The position numbers and the translations under genes were made by a program. Source: a virus. From it: a stretch of DNA of 38,844 nucleotides. Numbering within the stretch: the first letter of the stretch is position 1; every line of letters begins with the position of its first letter. The notes beneath the pieces were generated by a model. The model was not told the origin of the DNA, made no database searches, and worked only from the letters and a program-made list of their open reading frames with translations. Of this stretch, positions 35,081-38,844 are shown one piece after another. The DNA lies in the IMG/VR virus record IMGVR_UViG_3300043958_000214; one strand, written 5' to 3'.

Positions 35081-35994
35081 GCTGCTCTCCTCTCGCCGGT
35101 CACGCGCTCGAGACGTTGTTCGATGAGGGGCACGTAGGTCTCCTCGCGCTCGATCCCCACCCACTGGCGTCCCTCCAGGCTTGCGGCCTCCGCGGTCGTC
35201 CCGGACCCCAGGAACGGGTCGAGGACAGTGCCCCCTCGCTGCGCTGACAGTGTGATGAGGGTGCGCATGAGGGCTAGTGGTTTCACCGTCGGGTGGACCT
35301 TTCCGTCGGGTCCGACCGGCCGCTCCGATTTCGGGGCTTTTGCGCAGTAGAAGAACCGCTCCTGCAAGTCGTCGAGCGGCAGATGGACGGCGGGTCCGGG
35401 TTTGCGCGCGACAACGATCGGCTCGAATGCGGGACGCAGCTGCGTATTCCACCCCGCCCAGCGCTTCGCCGTCTCGGAGGTCGTGACCGTCACTGGTGTA
35501 GACCGGCGGTCGCTGTAGCCGCGCCCACCCGGATGGTCATGGAGCGCAGCGGCGGCCATCTTGTCCAGCGTCTTCGCGATGTTCTGTCCGTGGGGCATCC
35601 CCTGCCCATGAACCCACGCCAATGGCTCGTCCAGGATGAGGCCGGCGTCCTCCAGGCCGGCGGCGAGACGGTGCCAGGTCCGGGGGGCACCGAACGTGAG
35701 GCCGACGGCACCGGGCTTCATGACGCGGAGCAGGCGCTCTCCGATCGCCTTCGACCATGCCTCGAACTCGTGGACATCCGTGTCCGCATGCCCGCGCGAA
35801 TGCGTGCCCCCATAGGCGTAGGCGCCACGGCGCTCCTTGCCGGTGGCGATCTGACCGAGCATTGTCGGGTGGTCCCAGGACTGGCCCATGAAGTCCAGCG
35901 AGTAGGGCGGGTCCGTGACGACGGCGTCGATGCTGTCCGCGGCGAGGCATTCGAGTTCTGCGAGGGCGTCGCCGATGACGAGACGGCCGGTCAT
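35077..35994 (-). CDS. N4-cytosine/N6-adenine DNA methyltransferase (beta class)
   Basis: VVTDPPY, HPTVKP, VLDPFLGSGTT. Confidence 0.93.
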   Translation of the reverse strand: MTGRLVIGDALAELECLAADSIDAVVTDPPYSLDFMGQSWDHPTMLGQIATGKERRGAYAYGGTHSRGHADTDVHEFEAWSKAIGERLLRVMKPGAVGLTFGAPRTWHRLAAGLEDAGLILDEPLAWVHGQGMPHGQNIAKTLDKMAAAALHDHPGGRGYSDRRSTPVTVTTSETAKRWAGWNTQLRPAFEPIVVARKPGPAVHLPLDDLQERFFYCAKAPKSERPVGPDGKVHPTVKPLALMRTLITLSAQRGGTVLDPFLGSGTTAEAASLEGRQWVGIEREETYVPLIEQRLERVTGERRAA

Positions 35995-36269
35995 CGGTTC
36001 ATCGCCAGGGCTGTGTCATAGCGCTGCGTGCACCAACGCGCGTCCCCATACGTGAGAGCGAGGTTGAGTGGCGGCCAGAGAGCCAAACTGGCGAGAACGG
36101 CGAGAATGGTGGACGTGTGGACGGGATGCCAGATGAGGGTTTCGATGGCCAGAACCGCCAGGACGGCGAGTTCCACGACAGCATGCCATCGCGCGGTGAG
36201 CAGCTTCTCCTGCGAGTCGTACATGCGGCAGAACATGTAGTCGAGCGTTCGTCTGAGGGATGTGGACAT
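35991..36269 (-). CDS. Small membrane protein (two predicted TM helices)
   Basis: Hydrophobic segments; ATGA coupling to the methylase. Confidence 0.65.
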   Translation of the reverse strand: MSTSLRRTLDYMFCRMYDSQEKLLTARWHAVVELAVLAVLAIETLIWHPVHTSTILAVLASLALWPPLNLALTYGDARWCTQRYDTALAMNR

Positions 36270-36311
36270 GCCTTGTGTGTGCCAGACGTCCGAGCGCTAG
36301 CGAACACGGAG
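36267..36311. repeat. 45-bp direct repeat (promoter and start); second copy 37430-37474; the pair brackets the C5 methylase
   Basis: CATGCCyTGTGTGTGCCmGACGTCCGAGCGCyAGCGAACACGGAG. Confidence 0.85.
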
Positions 36312-36319
36312 CGTTGAGG

Positions 36320-37432
36320 CTAGAGGTGGAGGGCCTGCTTGACCGCTTCGGCGGCCGCGAGCGCGAGGCGCGGGGGAACGGCGTTCCCGATCTGGCGGTA
36401 CCGGGAGGACTGCGGGCCCTGCCATTCCATGTTGAGTGGGAACGTCTGGATGGCGGCGGCCTCCTCGACTGTCAGGCGTCGCAGGGGGTCGGGGGCGTTG
36501 CGTGTCGAGGCGTTGGCGCCCCGGTTGAGGAGGGCGGTGTGGTAGCCCACCACCCACGGTTCCGCGTTCTCATTCTCCAGGGCGAGCTGGTCGATGATGG
36601 GAGTCAGATTCCCGCCGATTGATGCGGCCAGGGTGAGGGAAGGCGCGTCGAGATCCAGGGGACGCCCTCCTCCGTTGAAGAGCATTCCCGCGTACGGTGA
36701 CCGGCACGTCTGGTTGTTGCCCGGCTTCCCGTAAGGGGAAAGCTGAGCGAGCGCTTCCCGGACCGTTGGGCTGTCCAGCGGAGTGGTTGGTACAGGGGCG
36801 ACCGGCTGTCCGACATCCTTGTGAACCCCGAGGAACAGCATCCTCTCCCTCGACTGCGGGACCCCGAAGTGGGCGGCATTCACTAGGGTGAGCGCGGTGT
36901 TGTACCCCAGAGTGTCGGCGCGTTCGAGCAGCCTTCTGCGGACGTCCTCCCAGCGCTTGCTCTGGTAGAGGCTCTTCACGTTCTCCATGACGAACGCCTT
37001 GGGGTGGACGCGCTCGACCATGTCGAGGAAGTGAAAGACGTGCTGGGAGCGCGGGTCACCGGGGTCCATCTTTCCTGCGACGCTGAATCCCTGGCAGGGC
37101 GGGCCACCAATGACGAGGTCCGCCGAACCTTCTCCCGGAAGTTCGTCCTCGGGGATGGCGAGGAGGTCTCCTATCCTGGTGGCGTGACGGGTCCCCCTGA
37201 GGTGGGGGCGGGTTTCCGTGAGCCGCTCGAAGGCCTTGTCGTGGGTCCGGGACGCCCACGGGGTGAGTTCGTTGGTCCACACAGGCGCGAACCCGGCGAG
37301 GGCGAATCCGATGTCCAGTCCGCCGGCTCCGGCGAACAGGGACACGTACGTGGCGAGCGGCGTGTCGTGCGTCGGGACGTCACTGTAGTCGCTGAGCGGG
37401 TGGTCACCTCTGTGCTCCGGTGTGGCGGGCAT
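36320..37432 (-). CDS. C5-cytosine DNA methyltransferase (orphan)
   Basis: SLFAGAGG, GGPPCQGFS, MENV, PQSRER, RRLTVEE, QIGNAVPP. Confidence 0.95.
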   Translation of the reverse strand: MPATPEHRGDHPLSDYSDVPTHDTPLATYVSLFAGAGGLDIGFALAGFAPVWTNELTPWASRTHDKAFERLTETRPHLRGTRHATRIGDLLAIPEDELPGEGSADLVIGGPPCQGFSVAGKMDPGDPRSQHVFHFLDMVERVHPKAFVMENVKSLYQSKRWEDVRRRLLERADTLGYNTALTLVNAAHFGVPQSRERMLFLGVHKDVGQPVAPVPTTPLDSPTVREALAQLSPYGKPGNNQTCRSPYAGMLFNGGGRPLDLDAPSLTLAASIGGNLTPIIDQLALENENAEPWVVGYHTALLNRGANASTRNAPDPLRRLTVEEAAAIQTFPLNMEWQGPQSSRYRQIGNAVPPRLALAAAEAVKQALHL

Positions 37433-37576
37433 GCCCTGTGTGTGCCCGACGTCCGAGCGCCAGCGAACACGGAGGGCACTTCGCTCGTGTCCGTCAGGAC
37501 CGAGAGAATGTGCCGAGCGACGCTGCGGAGGAGTGGAGTGAGGGAATGCCGGCGCACGGAGAGCCCGGCCGTGCCG

Positions 37577-38278
37577 TCAGTAGCGAGGGGCCAGGTCGCC
37601 GCGTTCGCGCATCCGGTACTCCACGTTGGAGACGTTGACCATGACGCTGCGCCCCCGAGTGGCGAGCGCTCGCTCGCTCTCAGCGCGCGAGTTCTCGATC
37701 CACTGGGCGGCGGACTTTCGGGTTGCGCCGCGACCTGCGACGGCGCGGGGTGTGATTGCGCCGGCATCGAGTTGTCTGCGCAGGTCGTCGTAGTGGACGA
37801 GGTCTCGCTTGAAGTCGTCCTCCGAACGCCCCACTGATTCCCCGCGCCAGATACTCTCGAACTCGTCCTCGAAGTCCTCGGGGATTGGCAGCCCCTGCTC
37901 GTAGGCGCGACCGAAGAACTCGTAGCGGGCGTGGAACTTCGCGGACTTCTCGACCTCCTCGGGGTCGAGGTTCTCGTCGACGTAGCGTTCCCATTCGGCC
38001 AGATTCGCCTTGGAGCGGCGCTTCCCTGGCATGTGCCGTTCGAACGTGTCGACCGCCCTGTTCCAGACTGCTTGGTCTCGCGCCTGCTCACGCCCCCATT
38101 CGCGATCCTCGTCCGTGACCATCTGGTCCGGGGCGATGAACTCCGCGAGCATCTGCTCCCGCGTCGGGGATGTCCCCAGCTGAAGGTCCGGGGCCTCGCC
38201 ATACGTCCGGGTGGTCCACTGGCCAGTGTTGTTCGGGTTGCCGCCGCGGGGATGATCCGCTTCGTTGTAGGTGCTCAT
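37577..38278 (-). CDS. Shared-leader protein 5
   Basis: MSTYNEADHPRGGNPNNTGQWTTRTYGEAPDLQL. Confidence 0.8.
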   Translation of the reverse strand: MSTYNEADHPRGGNPNNTGQWTTRTYGEAPDLQLGTSPTREQMLAEFIAPDQMVTDEDREWGREQARDQAVWNRAVDTFERHMPGKRRSKANLAEWERYVDENLDPEEVEKSAKFHARYEFFGRAYEQGLPIPEDFEDEFESIWRGESVGRSEDDFKRDLVHYDDLRRQLDAGAITPRAVAGRGATRKSAAQWIENSRAESERALATRGRSVMVNVSNVEYRMRERGDLAPRY

Positions 38279-38505
38279 GACCATCCTTGTGCGGCACGAG
38301 ACGGACGTCGAGTGGAGTACTTCGCTCACGCCCCACTGGCGCCATACCCCATTCTGAGGCGCAAGACACTAGGTGAGCAGACCCACCTGCAATGCTTGAA
38401 GAACGGCGGGGAAGATGTCCTTGCTCAGATGATGATCCGGGCCGATCTTCCGGCAACCGCGCAGAACGTCGGATCCGGCTCCACTGCCGTACCCAGCGAG
38501 ATGGA

Positions 38506-38844
38506 TCATGCGGCGTCCTCTCCCGCGTCGAGTGCGGGCCGACGGGCTTCTTTGAACTCCGCGTCGAACACCGCGCGTACGCTCGCATGATCGGCGCCGA
38601 AGACAACGATGTGGACCTCCCCGGTCCTGTGGTTCCGGCAGCGCAGCACTTCAGTCCGCGGGGTCGGGAAACACTCGCCTACGGCCCACGAGCACGTCCC
38701 GTCGGCGCGCACCACCGCAGAGATGACCTTGCCGAGCCTGCGTGCTCCTGGGCACCTTTCGAGCGCAGCGTCGAGGATGTCTGAATTCGACCAGGTGTCG
38801 AAAACCGGGTTGACTGTTTGTGCCTGTTTCTTTTCGTCTTGCAT
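38506..38844 (-). CDS. Hypothetical protein, possibly truncated at the window edge
   Basis: Protein-like ORF; upstream context not visible. Confidence 0.5.
   Translation of the reverse strand: MQDEKKQAQTVNPVFDTWSNSDILDAALERCPGARRLGKVISAVVRADGTCSWAVGECFPTPRTEVLRCRNHRTGEVHIVVFGADHASVRAVFDAEFKEARRPALDAGEDAA

Noticed and set aside
38245-38259. CGCGGGGATGATCCG resembling the 3' half of an I-E repeat
   Set aside because: The 5' CCCCGC arm is missing and the sequence lies inside coding DNA (ADHPRG of the leader).
1-38844. Definite call as prophage, plasmid or ICE
   Set aside because: No integrase, att site, structural, relaxase or T4SS gene is visible in this window.

Overview
High-GC, actinobacterial-type mobile element (large plasmid or phage/phage-plasmid). 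No integrase, capsid or conjugation genes lie in this window, so the element class is unresolved. Left part: edge-truncated type III Mod-like adenine methylase, RecB/PD-(D/E)XK nuclease, TOPRIM primase-helicase fusion, and a + strand operon with an intein-interrupted ParA/MinD ATPase, an mIHF-like protein and a sigma-70-like factor. Middle: a long run of small phage-like hypothetical genes. At about 22.6-25.8 kb is a compact CRISPR-derived island: a solitary type I-E cas8e (cse1/casA) with no other cas gene in the window, an HTH gene, two single-spacer degenerate type I-E mini-arrays that each end in a hairpin, and two small acidic ORFs under a palindrome-covered promoter (acr/aca-like layout). 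Right part: dUTPase, four further orphan DNA methylases plus one catalytically degenerate paralogue, and a solitary I-E-like repeat. Across the window, five unrelated proteins share an N-terminal leader peptide, and three distinct promoter-like motifs recur upstream of different gene classes. All assignments come from motif reading by eye; no searches were run.
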